64,000 nt of DNA from Bacilli bacterium (GCA_045652765.1 JAZOLG010000020.1:4889-68888), one strand, 5' to 3'. Shown: positions 38,147 through 48,672, counted from the first letter of the stretch. The notes: generated by a model from the letters alone, not told the origin. Translations and numbers: made by a program.

Positions 38147-40570
38147 ATGAAAGTCAAAGACTTAGCCGTAATTTTTAAAGTAGAAGTATCTGAATTACTA
38201 GCAATGTTATCAAATGTTGGTGTTAATTTAGATAAACAAGAAGAAACAAATATTGATTCTTCTATGGAAAAGAAACTAGCTAAAAGATATGGAGTTCCTT
38301 ATCCATTTAAAGCTGTTGTTCCAACAAAAAAACCAGTAAATAAGGTGGAAATACCTAATGTTAAAGAAACAAAACAAGCTCCAAAACAAAATCCAACAAC
38401 AAGACCTCAAACTTCTTCAACAAAGAAAGTTGATCCAAAAGGAGTTAATAAAGAAACAAATAACAAAAAGGTTTCAAACAATAATGGCAGAAATGAAGCT
38501 CCAAAACAAGCTCCAACAAAAAAACCAGAAGCTCCAAAACAAGAAGTTAAAGAAACAAAACAACCAAAACCACAAACAATAATTTTACAAAAAGATGAAA
38601 TTCTTGCGCCTCGTGTTGATGAAGAAACTTTAAATAAGTATTCTCATTTCTTGGATGACGATGAATATAATATTACAAGAGAAAATAGACCTAAGAAAAA
38701 CACTTATGGTAACAAAGAATCTGATTCAAGTCGTCGTAAGAAAAATGTAAAAAATAACAAAAACATTAAGCAAACTGAAAATAGAAAAAGCAATCTTCCA
38801 AAGAAACAAGAAAATGAAGAAAAAGTTTTATATTATGAAAATGGTATGAGCTGTTTAGAAATCAGTGAAGCTATGAATGTATCAGTAACAGATTTAGTAA
38901 AAAAATTATTTGTATCAATGGGTATGATGGTATCAGCTAACTCTTCAATGGATAGAGAAACAGCTGAACTTTTAGCACTTGAATATGGATATGAATTAAA
39001 AGACAAACAAATTACTGATATGACTAGATTTGATGAAATGGAATTTGTAGACGATGAAAAAGATTTAGTTTCTCGCCCACCAATTGTAACAGTAATGGGT
39101 CACGTTGACCATGGTAAAACAACTCTTATTGATACAATCAGATCAACTCATGTAACAGCAGGTGAAGCTGGTGGTATTACTCAACATATTGGTGCTTATC
39201 AAGTTGAAAAGAATGGTAGACTTATTACATTTATTGATACTCCAGGACATGCTGCATTTACAGAAATGCGTGCTCGTGGTGCTCAAGTGACTGATATTGT
39301 TGTATTAATTGTTGCAGCTGACGATGGAATTATGCCACAAACAAAAGAAGCAATTCAACATGCTAAAGCTGCTGATGTTCCAATTATTGTCGCAATTAAC
39401 AAAATGGATAAACCAACTGCTAATCCTGATCGTATTAAACAAGAACTTACTGAATTTGGACTTCTACCTGAAGAATGGGGAGGAGATACAATCGTTGTAC
39501 CAATTTCAGCATTAAAAGGTGACGGTATTCCAGAACTTCTTGAAATGATTTTATTAGTTGCAGATATTAAAGAATATAAAGCAAATCCAAACAGACTTGG
39601 TATGGGTACTGTTATAGAAGCAAGACTTGATAAAAATAGAGGACCTCTTGCAAGTTTACTTGTAAGTAATGGAACAATTAAAGTAGGTGATATTTTAGTT
39701 GTTGGTAATACTTATGGTAAAATTCGTACAATGACTGACGAAAAAGGTAAACCAGTACAAGCGGCTGGTCCAGCTAAACCAGTTGAAGTAACAGGTATTG
39801 AAGAAGTACCATTTGCTGGTGAAAAATTTATGATCTACAATAATGAAAAGAAAGCTAGAGAAGTTGCAGAAACTAGAGCATTTAATAAGTTCCAACTTGA
39901 AAAAGGAATTGGTAAAAATGTTTCACTTAGTGAAATGCTTAAAAACAAAAAAGATGATAGCGTAAAACAACTTAACTTAATTTTAAAATGTGATGTTCAA
40001 GGTTCAATTGAAGCAGTAAAAGGATTATTACAAAAAATTGAAATTGAAGGTACACAAATTAATATTATTGCATCAAGTGTTGGTGGAGTTGTTGAATCTG
40101 ATGTTAACTTAGCTATTGCGTCTAACGCTATTATTATTTGTTTCAATGTTCGTCCAATTGCATATGTTGCTGACATGGCAAAAGAACATGGTATTGAAAT
40201 TAGATTATATTCAATTATTTATAAATTACAAGAAGATATTGAAAAAGCTGTTAAAGGTTTACTTGATCCAGTATTTGAAGAAAAGAATACAGGTCAAGCT
40301 GAAGTTAGAGAAACTTATAAAGTGTCAAAAATTGGGACAATTGCCGGATGCTATGTTACTAGTGGATATATCCCACGTGGAGCTGGTGTAAGATTAATTC
40401 GTGATAGTATTGTAATTTATACTGGTAAACTTTCTTCACTTAAGAGATTTAAAGACGATGTTAAAGAAGTTAAACAAGGTTATGACTGTGGTTTAACAAT
40501 TGAAAACTTTAATGATATTAAGATTGGTGACGTAATTGAATGCTTCATTATGGAAGAGGTTGAACGTTAA
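38147..40570 (+). CDS. infB: Translation initiation factor IF-2
   Basis: Start at the ATG at 38147 (MKVKDLAV), with RBS GAAGGTGG 5 nt upstream. Low-complexity N-terminal linker with APKQ repeats; GTP-binding domain GHVDHGKTTL, DTPGH, NKMD. Confidence 0.95.
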   Translation: MKVKDLAVIFKVEVSELLAMLSNVGVNLDKQEETNIDSSMEKKLAKRYGVPYPFKAVVPTKKPVNKVEIPNVKETKQAPKQNPTTRPQTSSTKKVDPKGVNKETNNKKVSNNNGRNEAPKQAPTKKPEAPKQEVKETKQPKPQTIILQKDEILAPRVDEETLNKYSHFLDDDEYNITRENRPKKNTYGNKESDSSRRKKNVKNNKNIKQTENRKSNLPKKQENEEKVLYYENGMSCLEISEAMNVSVTDLVKKLFVSMGMMVSANSSMDRETAELLALEYGYELKDKQITDMTRFDEMEFVDDEKDLVSRPPIVTVMGHVDHGKTTLIDTIRSTHVTAGEAGGITQHIGAYQVEKNGRLITFIDTPGHAAFTEMRARGAQVTDIVVLIVAADDGIMPQTKEAIQHAKAADVPIIVAINKMDKPTANPDRIKQELTEFGLLPEEWGGDTIVVPISALKGDGIPELLEMILLVADIKEYKANPNRLGMGTVIEARLDKNRGPLASLLVSNGTIKVGDILVVGNTYGKIRTMTDEKGKPVQAAGPAKPVEVTGIEEVPFAGEKFMIYNNEKKAREVAETRAFNKFQLEKGIGKNVSLSEMLKNKKDDSVKQLNLILKCDVQGSIEAVKGLLQKIEIEGTQINIIASSVGGVVESDVNLAIASNAIIICFNVRPIAYVADMAKEHGIEIRLYSIIYKLQEDIEKAVKGLLDPVFEEKNTGQAEVRETYKVSKIGTIAGCYVTSGYIPRGAGVRLIRDSIVIYTGKLSSLKRFKDDVKEVKQGYDCGLTIENFNDIKIGDVIECFIMEEVER

Positions 40571-40905
40571 TGGCATATCATGTAGAACGTGTCGCAAAAA
40601 TAATTGAAAGAGAACTTTCTCAAATAATTTTGTTTGAAGCAAAAAACCAATTATTAAAATACGTTTCAATAACAAAAGTTGCTCTTACTAACGACTTAAG
40701 TTTAGCTACAATTTGGTTTACAGTAATTGGAAATCAAAATGAAATTTCTGCTACTTCAAAAGCCTTAGAAGATGCTAAAGGTTTTTTAAGATCAGTTCTT
40801 TCAAAAAGAATTGATACAAAAAAAGCACCGGAGTTAAAATTCAAATATGATGAATCTTTAGAATATGGTAAACGTATTGAAGAGCTATTAAAACAAACAA
40901 AATAA
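40570..40905 (+). CDS. rbfA: Ribosome-binding factor A
   Basis: 111-aa KH-like RbfA fold. Its start overlaps the infB stop. Confidence 0.9.
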   Translation: MAYHVERVAKIIERELSQIILFEAKNQLLKYVSITKVALTNDLSLATIWFTVIGNQNEISATSKALEDAKGFLRSVLSKRIDTKKAPELKFKYDESLEYGKRIEELLKQTK

Positions 40906-40932
40906 GGTCATTTACATGACCTTATTTTTTTG
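40902..40932 (+). terminator. Intrinsic terminator ending the nusA-infB operon
   Basis: ataaggtcat-ttac-atgaccttat followed by T7. Confidence 0.85.
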
Positions 40933-41017
40933 ACATCTAACTAACTTTATGTTATAATAATTAAAAAATTTAAAAAAACAATAATAATTTTTGTTATGTT
41001 ATATGAAAGGGCAAATA

Positions 41018-41551
41018 ATGAAACTCGAAAAGAAATTAAAAAATGCTCTTAAGTCGAAAGATAAAATAATTATTGATGATATATATGAAGAAATTTATAA
41101 TGAATATTATAAGTTAGTATATTATATAATTATTCAAATAATTAAAAATAAAGATGAGACTGAAGAGTTAGTAAATGACACATTTTTAAAAGCATTTAAT
41201 AATATTACTAAATTTAAAGAAGATACAAGTTTAAAATCTTGGATTGTACAGATTGCGAAAAACACCGCAATAAATCAATTTAATAAAAATAAGAAATCAA
41301 GTACTATATTAGATTTTGATTATATTATGAATATAGAAAGTACAACAAAAACGGATTATGATGAACTAGTATCTGAATTTAGACAATACTTATCAATTGA
41401 AGAAACAAATATTATAATTTTTCGAGTTTATTATGATATGAAATTAAAAGATATTGCAGAATATTATGAAACAAGTATTAATGATATATATGCTAAATAT
41501 CAAAAAGCCATTAAAACCCTAAAAAAACACTACAAGAAGGGAGATTTTTAA
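41018..41551 (+). CDS. ECF-type sigma-70 family sigma factor
   Basis: Region 2 (LVNDTFLKAFNNITKF) and region 4 HTH (LKDIAEYYETSINDIYAKYQKAIKTLKK). The start is uncertain: ATG at 41003 or at 41018. Confidence 0.7.
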   Translation: MKLEKKLKNALKSKDKIIIDDIYEEIYNEYYKLVYYIIIQIIKNKDETEELVNDTFLKAFNNITKFKEDTSLKSWIVQIAKNTAINQFNKNKKSSTILDFDYIMNIESTTKTDYDELVSEFRQYLSIEETNIIIFRVYYDMKLKDIAEYYETSINDIYAKYQKAIKTLKKHYKKGDF

Positions 41552-42414
41552 TGAAGAAGTTAAAAGCCTCAATTATTGAAAAAATAGATAAAAAACAACC
41601 TAATATTGGTGATTTTAAACAAATTAAAAGAAAACTAACATATACTTGGGTAGCACCAAAATACCAAATGTTAAAGCCATGGCATAAATTGACTTTTGGA
41701 TTTGTTTCAATAATAATAGTTTTTATTTGTATAGGTGCTTATTTCCGAAATAGTTGGTATACGGAACCTATTATTACTGATCAAATAAAAGAAATGAAAC
41801 TAGTATCATGGGATGATGATGTGTATTTACTTGGAGAAACAATTTATATCGATTATCCGATGTTAACAACAAAATGTAATATTGAAAGTAAACTTACATT
41901 TACTGATACATACTGGGAAGTTTATTCAGATAACATACAAATTGATAAAGCAAACATCCCACTTTCATTTGGCGTAAATAACTTTACAATTTATGAAAAA
42001 ACTGTTGGTGATGATAAAAGGCTATATAATTTGAATATTTTAGTTGGTCGTGACATTGAAAACTTTGATATCAACTCTGTTCATAAGTTTACAAAGATTG
42101 ATAGCAAAATATTAACAGAACAAATTATATTTTTTAACTCATTTCAAAAGTTTGAAAGTGTGATTTTAGAAAATAATCTTGATGTTGATTTACTAAATGA
42201 ATATAACGAATATTTCTTTGAACAAAATAGTTTATTGTTTGTAATAGCTAAGAATGAATTAAATGAACTTACGTATCAACCAGTTGATAATGAATTAAAT
42301 GTTACAATGATTGGTGATGAAACAAACGTTAATAATGGTTATTTAATTCCAATTAATGAAATTGAGAATGTTGTGACTTATAATATTGAATCATTTAATT
42401 TTAAAACTGAATAA
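41551..42414 (+). CDS. Putative anti-sigma factor (single-pass membrane protein)
   Basis: 287 aa. A short cytoplasmic N-terminus, one TM helix (FGFVSIIIVFICIGAYF) and a large extracytoplasmic domain; the stop/start overlaps the sigma gene, a typical anti-sigma arrangement. RBS AAGGGAG. Confidence 0.55.
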   Translation: MKKLKASIIEKIDKKQPNIGDFKQIKRKLTYTWVAPKYQMLKPWHKLTFGFVSIIIVFICIGAYFRNSWYTEPIITDQIKEMKLVSWDDDVYLLGETIYIDYPMLTTKCNIESKLTFTDTYWEVYSDNIQIDKANIPLSFGVNNFTIYEKTVGDDKRLYNLNILVGRDIENFDINSVHKFTKIDSKILTEQIIFFNSFQKFESVILENNLDVDLLNEYNEYFFEQNSLLFVIAKNELNELTYQPVDNELNVTMIGDETNVNNGYLIPINEIENVVTYNIESFNFKTE

Positions 42415-42427
42415 ATGAAGTCTCTTT

Positions 42428-42456
42428 TTTAAAGAGACTTTTTTATATTTTTCTTT
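42428..42456 (+). terminator. Intrinsic terminator
   Basis: aagtctcttt-ttt-aaagagactt followed by T5. Confidence 0.8.
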
Positions 42457-42509
42457 TAAAATAAATCTCTTTATGGTATAATATATTAGAAATATATATG
42501 GTGAATAAT

Positions 42510-44279
42510 ATGAAAGATTTTAAAGAAAAGTTATCCCTTGTCCCTAAAAAACCTGGTTGTTATCAGATGAAGGATGTCAATGGTCAAATAATATATGTTG
42601 GTAAAGCAAAAGTTTTACAAAACCGCTTAAAAAGCTATTTTACTGGTCATCACAATGCTAAAACAGCTAAACTTGTTGAAAACATTGATGACTTTGAATA
42701 TATTATTACTAATTCAGAAATAGAAGCTTTTTTACTTGAACTTAATCTAATTAAAGAACATCGACCAAAATATAATATAATGTTGATGGATGATAAAACA
42801 TACCCATATATATATTTAACTGGTGAAAAAGATCCAAGACTGATTTTAACAAGAGATCCCGCCAAATTTCAAAAAAGACAAAAAGGTAAGCTTTATGGAC
42901 CATATCCTAACGTTAAAGCATGTAAAGATACAGTTCAATTCTTAAACAAAATCTTTCCATTGAGAAAATGTGTTAATATACCTAAAAAAGAATGTTTGTA
43001 TTATTCATTAGGTCAATGCTTAGCACCATGTGTAAATAAAATTGAAGAAGAAACATATCAAAAAATTAGCACACAAATTCATAAGTTTTTAACATCTTCA
43101 GATAGTGAATTGTTTAAAACTATTGAAGGGTGGATGTATCAAGCATCTGACAATATGGAATTTGAAAAAGCTATAATGTTTCGTGATATGCTAGAAAGCA
43201 TTAAAACACTGCATAACCATCAAAAAATTACATCAACTGACCTTGGAAATAGAGATATATTTGGTTATTATGAAGAGAATGGTATTATCAATATTCAAGT
43301 ATTCCATATTCGTTTTGGTAAAGTAATTATGCGTAGCGGAGAAGTATTTGATATATATGATTCTTTAGAAGACGCAATAGTTACATATATTATGCAGTTT
43401 TATCAAATGCCTTCTAATATTATTCCTGATGAAGTTGTCATACCATTTATTGAAAATGTTAGTTTGTTAGAAGAAGCACTTAAATGTAAAATTACGATTC
43501 CAGTTATTGGCGATAAAAAGAAGTTATTAGATTTGGTTTGTGAAAATGCCAAGACAACTATTGAAAATAGAAAAAAAGAAAAATTAATTAAAATCAGTAA
43601 AACCCAAGATACTATTAAAGAGCTAGGAGAATTACTGAATATTGCATATCCTAAACGTATTGAAATATTTGATAATTCCAATATTCAAGGAACAAGTTCT
43701 GTTAGTGCCATGGTTACATATATTGATGGTATTTCAACACCAAAAGAATATCGTAAATATAAAGTAAAAACAGTAGTAGGTGCTGACGATTACCACACAA
43801 TGCAAGAAGTGATTACTAGAAGATATAAAAGAGTAATTGAAGAAAATTTAACTAAACCTAATTTAATTATCGTGGATGGTGGTGAACCACAAGTCAAAGC
43901 AGCAAATATTGCGTTAAAAGCAATTAATGCCAATATACCAGTAATTGGTCTTGCGAAAGACGATAAACATAAAACACGTGCTATAATAACAAGTAGTTTA
44001 AAAGAAATTAATATTGATAAAAAAAGTAATTTATTTTTACTCTTAGAAGCAATGCAAGAAGAAGTCCATCGTTTTGCGATTACTTTTTTTAGAAAAGTAC
44101 AATCAGAGAATATGATTGCGTCAAGTCTTGATAAGATTGATGGTATAGGTAAAATGCGAAAGATGAAACTTTTATCAACATTTGATAATGTAGAAGAAAT
44201 TAAAAATGCCTCTTTCGAAAAATTAAAATCACTCGGTATTCCAAACGATATAATAACAAAGTTAAAAGAACAATTGTAG
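42510..44279 (+). CDS. uvrC: Excinuclease ABC subunit C
   Basis: GIY-YIG N-terminus (PGCYQMKD...IIYVGKAK), UvrBC-interaction region, RNaseH-like endonuclease domain and (HhH)2 domain. Start at the ATG at 42510 by alignment to known UvrC N-termini. Confidence 0.9.
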   Translation: MKDFKEKLSLVPKKPGCYQMKDVNGQIIYVGKAKVLQNRLKSYFTGHHNAKTAKLVENIDDFEYIITNSEIEAFLLELNLIKEHRPKYNIMLMDDKTYPYIYLTGEKDPRLILTRDPAKFQKRQKGKLYGPYPNVKACKDTVQFLNKIFPLRKCVNIPKKECLYYSLGQCLAPCVNKIEEETYQKISTQIHKFLTSSDSELFKTIEGWMYQASDNMEFEKAIMFRDMLESIKTLHNHQKITSTDLGNRDIFGYYEENGIINIQVFHIRFGKVIMRSGEVFDIYDSLEDAIVTYIMQFYQMPSNIIPDEVVIPFIENVSLLEEALKCKITIPVIGDKKKLLDLVCENAKTTIENRKKEKLIKISKTQDTIKELGELLNIAYPKRIEIFDNSNIQGTSSVSAMVTYIDGISTPKEYRKYKVKTVVGADDYHTMQEVITRRYKRVIEENLTKPNLIIVDGGEPQVKAANIALKAINANIPVIGLAKDDKHKTRAIITSSLKEINIDKKSNLFLLLEAMQEEVHRFAITFFRKVQSENMIASSLDKIDGIGKMRKMKLLSTFDNVEEIKNASFEKLKSLGIPNDIITKLKEQL

Positions 44280-44281
44280 TC

Positions 44282-44309
44282 ACATAATGAAAGCTCACTA
44301 CATAATATA
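44282..44309 (+). promoter_or_regulatory. Sigma-K-type promoter upstream of gerE
   Basis: AC at 44282-44283, a 17-nt spacer, then CATAATATA at 44301-44309. This matches the sigma-K consensus AC-17-CATA---TA; B. subtilis gerE is sigma-K-dependent. Confidence 0.5.
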
Positions 44310-44329
44310 AAATGATGTGGGGGAATAAA

Positions 44330-44542
44330 GTGAAACAAGTAAGTTTTTTAACTAGTAGAGAAAAACAAATTTTTCTGTTATTAGTTCAAAATCAAGATAC
44401 AGAACAAATAGCAGAACAACTAGAAATTAGCAGTAAAACTGTTAGAAATCATATATCTAATGTAATTCAAAAACTAGGTGTAAAAAGTAGAAGCCAAGCT
44501 CTATTAGAATTAATTAGAATGAATGAAATAAAATTAAAGTGA
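44330..44542 (+). CDS. gerE: LuxR/FixJ-type HTH regulator GerE (late mother-cell sporulation regulator)
   Basis: 70 aa from a GTG start (RBS GGGGGA 6 nt upstream). The sequence LTSREKQIFLLLVQ...EISSKTVRNHISNVIQKLGVKSRSQALLELIRM is near-colinear with B. subtilis GerE. Confidence 0.8.
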   Translation: MKQVSFLTSREKQIFLLLVQNQDTEQIAEQLEISSKTVRNHISNVIQKLGVKSRSQALLELIRMNEIKLK

Positions 44543-45408
44543 GAATAACTATGGAAAAAATATGTGGTAGAATTCGGAACCTAGATATAGAAAATCGCAC
44601 TTTCGAAATTGTAAAAAGAAAGAAAGTTGAATTTTTCTATTTAACGCGTTCCCAAATGAAAAAATTTAAAGCATACTTACAAGAAGATTTGCTTGTAGAA
44701 CTAGAGTATAAAAAAGAATTAATTAAACGTGGTAATATTAAAGCATATGATGTAATTGGATTTACTAAACTTATCGCAATGACTAAACTTAAAAGAATTG
44801 TATACTTTGATATGGACACTATAAAAAGAGGTGTTCAAAAAGTTTTGAATCGTGAAGGGTATAAACTATTTATTGATTTAGAATTTACAATGCCACCATA
44901 TGATTATGCTGGAGGAACTTATCCAAGTGAAATTGTTCAATATGGTTTTATCTTAGAAGATAATGATGGGCAAATCGTTTATGAAGACTCTTCTTTAGTT
45001 TCAGTTGATGATAAGAATGGTATTAATAATCGTACGCTAGATTTCTTAAATCGTAAAAAAGAAGATTTTAAAAATGCTGAAACACCATTACAATTTTATG
45101 AAACATTACAAAAATGCTTAGAAAAATATGACCCGATTATAATGGTATGGGGTAAGAATGATATAAGTATGCTTGATCATTTTTATGAAAGACACAATCT
45201 ACCACCACTGACAACAAGAGCATCTTTTATTAATTTGATGCAATTGTTAAAAAATTACTATGGTTTAAAATCTGATATAGGTTTATTTAATGCACTTAAT
45301 TATTTTCAAGATGATTTCAATCAAGAACAAGAACACGATGCTTTAGCTGATGCTATTGTTACTAGTATGGTATATCATTATTTTAAAGAATATGCTAATA
45401 AACAATAA
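44539..45408 (+). CDS. KapD-like DnaQ-family 3'-5' exonuclease with N-terminal extension
   Basis: 289 aa. The Exo I motif FIDLEFT lies around residue 115, and the C-terminal HDALADA is Exo III-like. About 100 N-terminal residues have unknown function. Overlaps the gerE stop (ATGA). Confidence 0.6.
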   Translation: MRITMEKICGRIRNLDIENRTFEIVKRKKVEFFYLTRSQMKKFKAYLQEDLLVELEYKKELIKRGNIKAYDVIGFTKLIAMTKLKRIVYFDMDTIKRGVQKVLNREGYKLFIDLEFTMPPYDYAGGTYPSEIVQYGFILEDNDGQIVYEDSSLVSVDDKNGINNRTLDFLNRKKEDFKNAETPLQFYETLQKCLEKYDPIIMVWGKNDISMLDHFYERHNLPPLTTRASFINLMQLLKNYYGLKSDIGLFNALNYFQDDFNQEQEHDALADAIVTSMVYHYFKEYANKQ

Positions 45409-45413
45409 AAAAC

Positions 45414-45453
45414 ACATTAGGAATAACCTAATGTGTTTTATTTTAGATAATAT
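45414..45453. terminator. Bidirectional terminator between the convergent exonuclease and rnj genes
   Basis: aacacattagg-aataa-cctaatgtgtt flanked by A and T runs. Confidence 0.85.
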
Positions 45454-47119
45454 TGACAGTTGCAATAATAAACGGATTTCTTTCTGTTAATTCATAAATA
45501 TAAGCAGCTAATGCAGTAGTAATATTACTGCGAATCATTTTAATATTTAAAACTTTGTTTTTGTGTAAGATTTGAGCAAATAAAGATGTTGCGCGATTAA
45601 TAATATCTTTTTTAAGTTTTGATTCTTTAGTAAAATCAATAAAACCTTTTGCGTCTAATCTAACAGGAGCTAGTATTTCTTTTTGTTTATTAATTGTAAA
45701 AACTAAAGAAAGTAAACCTTCATCAGCTAAATGTTTTCTTTCTTTTAAAATATTACTATTAACATCACTAAAATTAGAATCTAAGAATACATCAGCCGCA
45801 TAAATTTCATTTTCAACAACTTTTGCGCCTCGCTCATTAAAATGCAAGACATCACCAGAATTTAAACAGAAACAGTTATTTCTGTTAATACCTAAATCAA
45901 TTGCGATATTAGCGTGTTGTTTTAACATGTTATATTCACCATGAACAGGCATGAAATATTTTGGTTTCATAAATTGCAACATTAACTTCATTTCTTCACG
46001 GCTTGCATGTCCGGTAGTATGGGTATCTGTAAGTGGATTATTTAGAATGATTGTTGCTCCATTACGAATTAATTTATTGATGTTACGATTAATAAATTGT
46101 TCGTTTCCTGGTATTGGTTTACTAGAATATACAATAGTATCATTTTCTAATAATTTGATTTGTTTATGTGTTCCATTTGCAATTCTAGAAAGTGCCGCTA
46201 AAGGTTCACCTTGCGAACCTGTACATAAAATTGTTATTTCGTGTGGTTCATAGTTGTGAATATCACGTTGGGAAATAAGCAAGTCTTTACTAATATTAAT
46301 ATATTTTAAACGCATAGCAGCTTCAATATTTTTTTCCATGCTATGGCCAAATATCGCAACCTTTCTGCCACATTCTTGACATGCTTCTAAAATATGTTGT
46401 ACACGATATACATTAGATGCGAAAGTTGCAACAATAATTCTTCCCTTAACTTGAGCAAAAGTGTGTCTTATGTTTTCTGCAATTTTCTTTTCTGATTGAG
46501 AAAAAGTTTTAATGTCAGCATTTGTACTATCAGCCATTAAACATAAAACTCCTTCATGACCAAGTTTAGTCATTTTGTAATAATCACTGGCAGGCCCTAC
46601 TGGTGTAAAGTCAAATTTAAAATCACCAGTATTTACAATATACCCTAGTCTTGTTTTAATTGCAATTCCAAATGAATCAGGAATACTATGGTTTGTTCTA
46701 AAGAATGTTACTGTAAAATTCGCGAATTCAAATTCAGAATCATCATAATAGTTTTTAAGATTGTATGTAAGATTTGGATATTCATACATTTTATTTTTAA
46801 TTAAGTTGTACGCAATTCCACTAGCATAAATTACAGGGATATTGACTTTTTCAAGTAAAAAAGGTAATCCACCAATATGATCTTCATGACCATGTGTAAT
46901 AAAAAGTGCTTTAATTTTTTCTTGGTTTTCTATAAGGTATGTAAAATCGGGTATAATATAATCTACTCCTGGTGTTTCACCACCAGCGAAAAGAACACCG
47001 GCATCCATAATTAAAATTTCATCAAGACACTGAACAGCATACATATTCATACCTACTGCGCCAAGTCCGCCTAAAGAGAATACTAAAATATCATTGGTAT
47101 TTTTCTTTTTCTTTTTCAT
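45443..47119 (-). CDS. rnj: Ribonuclease J
   Basis: 558 aa: metallo-beta-lactamase motif HGHEDHIGG, beta-CASP and C-terminal domains. RBS AGGAGG. Confidence 0.9.
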   Translation of the reverse strand: MKKKKKNTNDILVFSLGGLGAVGMNMYAVQCLDEILIMDAGVLFAGGETPGVDYIIPDFTYLIENQEKIKALFITHGHEDHIGGLPFLLEKVNIPVIYASGIAYNLIKNKMYEYPNLTYNLKNYYDDSEFEFANFTVTFFRTNHSIPDSFGIAIKTRLGYIVNTGDFKFDFTPVGPASDYYKMTKLGHEGVLCLMADSTNADIKTFSQSEKKIAENIRHTFAQVKGRIIVATFASNVYRVQHILEACQECGRKVAIFGHSMEKNIEAAMRLKYINISKDLLISQRDIHNYEPHEITILCTGSQGEPLAALSRIANGTHKQIKLLENDTIVYSSKPIPGNEQFINRNINKLIRNGATIILNNPLTDTHTTGHASREEMKLMLQFMKPKYFMPVHGEYNMLKQHANIAIDLGINRNNCFCLNSGDVLHFNERGAKVVENEIYAADVFLDSNFSDVNSNILKERKHLADEGLLSLVFTINKQKEILAPVRLDAKGFIDFTKESKLKKDIINRATSLFAQILHKNKVLNIKMIRSNITTALAAYIYELTERNPFIIATVNII

Positions 47120-47273
47120 TTAGTCCTCCTTTCTTAATAATTTAATTTATTATATTATACCAATTATTTCAAAAAAAGTAAAGTACTTAATATAGTCAAA
47201 TAAATTATTTGTAAAAGAGTTTTAAAAAAATCAAATTTGTGATACAATAGATATAAATGTAAGAGGAACAGTT

Positions 47274-48053
47274 ATGAAGAAAGCAGTATTTATCGATGTT
47301 GATGGGACATTATATAAAGCCCATGATTTAAGTATATCTGAAACAATTAAAATAAAATTAAAAGAAGCTTCAAACTATGTTGATTTGTATATAGCAACAG
47401 GAAGAGCTTATAATGTACTTACTTGTTTAAATGATGTTAAACATTTATTTAAAGGGTTTGTTGTTTCTAATGGTTCCATAGTAATTGTAGATAATGAAAT
47501 TATTTTTGAATCAGTAATTGAAAATGAATTGAAAGATAAATTAATAAATGTTGCAGAAAGATTAAATGCAACTTTATCGATGTTAACACATGAACATATA
47601 TATACAAATACAATAAATGAATATGTTGATAGAGCATTAACTCCAAGAGATGAAGGATCACTTATTAATTTAAATGGTTATAATTATTTAAATATTAAAT
47701 ATAATATGGCATGGACTTTTGAAGAAACTGATCTTATTGATCAAATGGAAAAAGAACTTCCAGAATTTGATTTCTTTAAATGGGGAAAACGTGGTGCAGA
47801 TATTATTGTAAAAAGCATTACTAAAGCAAAAGGTATCCAAAAAGTTTTAGATAAAGTAGGATATAACTTAAGTGATACATATGCTATTGGTGATTCATCC
47901 AATGATGTGCCAATGTTTAAACTAGTTAACACTCCAATTGCGATGGGTAATGCAACAGATAATGCTAAAGCTAATGCTAAATATATTACTTTGACACAAG
48001 ATGAAGGTGGCTTAGAAAAAGCATTAGATAATATTATAAAAGGTAAATGGTAG
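47274..48053 (+). CDS. Cof-type HAD phosphatase
   Basis: 259 aa with motif I FIDVDGTL and motif IV GDSSND. An extended -10 element TGATACAAT lies upstream. Confidence 0.75.
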   Translation: MKKAVFIDVDGTLYKAHDLSISETIKIKLKEASNYVDLYIATGRAYNVLTCLNDVKHLFKGFVVSNGSIVIVDNEIIFESVIENELKDKLINVAERLNATLSMLTHEHIYTNTINEYVDRALTPRDEGSLINLNGYNYLNIKYNMAWTFEETDLIDQMEKELPEFDFFKWGKRGADIIVKSITKAKGIQKVLDKVGYNLSDTYAIGDSSNDVPMFKLVNTPIAMGNATDNAKANAKYITLTQDEGGLEKALDNIIKGKW

Positions 48054-48643
48054 ACAATATGATTTTAATGAAAGATATAATTAAAGAAGGTAATCCAATT
48101 TTAAAACAAAAATCAAAAGATGTAGAACTTCCTATTAATGAAGAAGATGCTGAAACACTTAACGCAATGATTGAATATATATTTAATTCCATTGATCCAG
48201 ATATTTCTGAAAAATATAATTTGAGACCTGCTGTTGGAATTGCGGCCCCTCAAATTGGTATTTTAAAGAAAATGATTGTTATAAACGCTTTTGATGAAGA
48301 TGGAATTGAACACTTTTACGCAATCGTAAACCCTAAACTTATGAGTTATTCTGATGAACTAACATACTTACAAGGTGGGGAAGGTTGCTTATCAGTAGAA
48401 CGAGAAACACAAGGTTTGATTCACAGACATAAAAGAGTTACAGTAAAAGGATATTTTCTAGAAGATGGAAAACTTGTTAATAAAACAATTAAACTAAAAG
48501 GCTATCTTGCAGTTGTATTTCAACATGAATATGACCATTTATTTGGTACGCTTTTTGTTGATAGAATTAATTCGATAAATCCATTCGAAGTTCCAGATAA
48601 CTCAAAACCAATTGTCTTTAAAGACTTTGAGGAAGAAGAATAA
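48047..48643 (+). CDS. def: Peptide deformylase
   Basis: Motifs GIAAPQIG, EGCLS and HEYDHL. The true start may be one of the internal ATGs (MILMKDII...). Confidence 0.9.
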   Translation: MVDNMILMKDIIKEGNPILKQKSKDVELPINEEDAETLNAMIEYIFNSIDPDISEKYNLRPAVGIAAPQIGILKKMIVINAFDEDGIEHFYAIVNPKLMSYSDELTYLQGGEGCLSVERETQGLIHRHKRVTVKGYFLEDGKLVNKTIKLKGYLAVVFQHEYDHLFGTLFVDRINSINPFEVPDNSKPIVFKDFEEEE

Positions 48644-48672
48644 AAAAGGGAAGATTTTCTTCCCTTTTTAAT
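48643..48672. terminator. Bidirectional terminator between def and the small minus-strand gene
   Basis: aagggaag-atttt-cttccctt flanked by A6 and T5. Confidence 0.8.
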
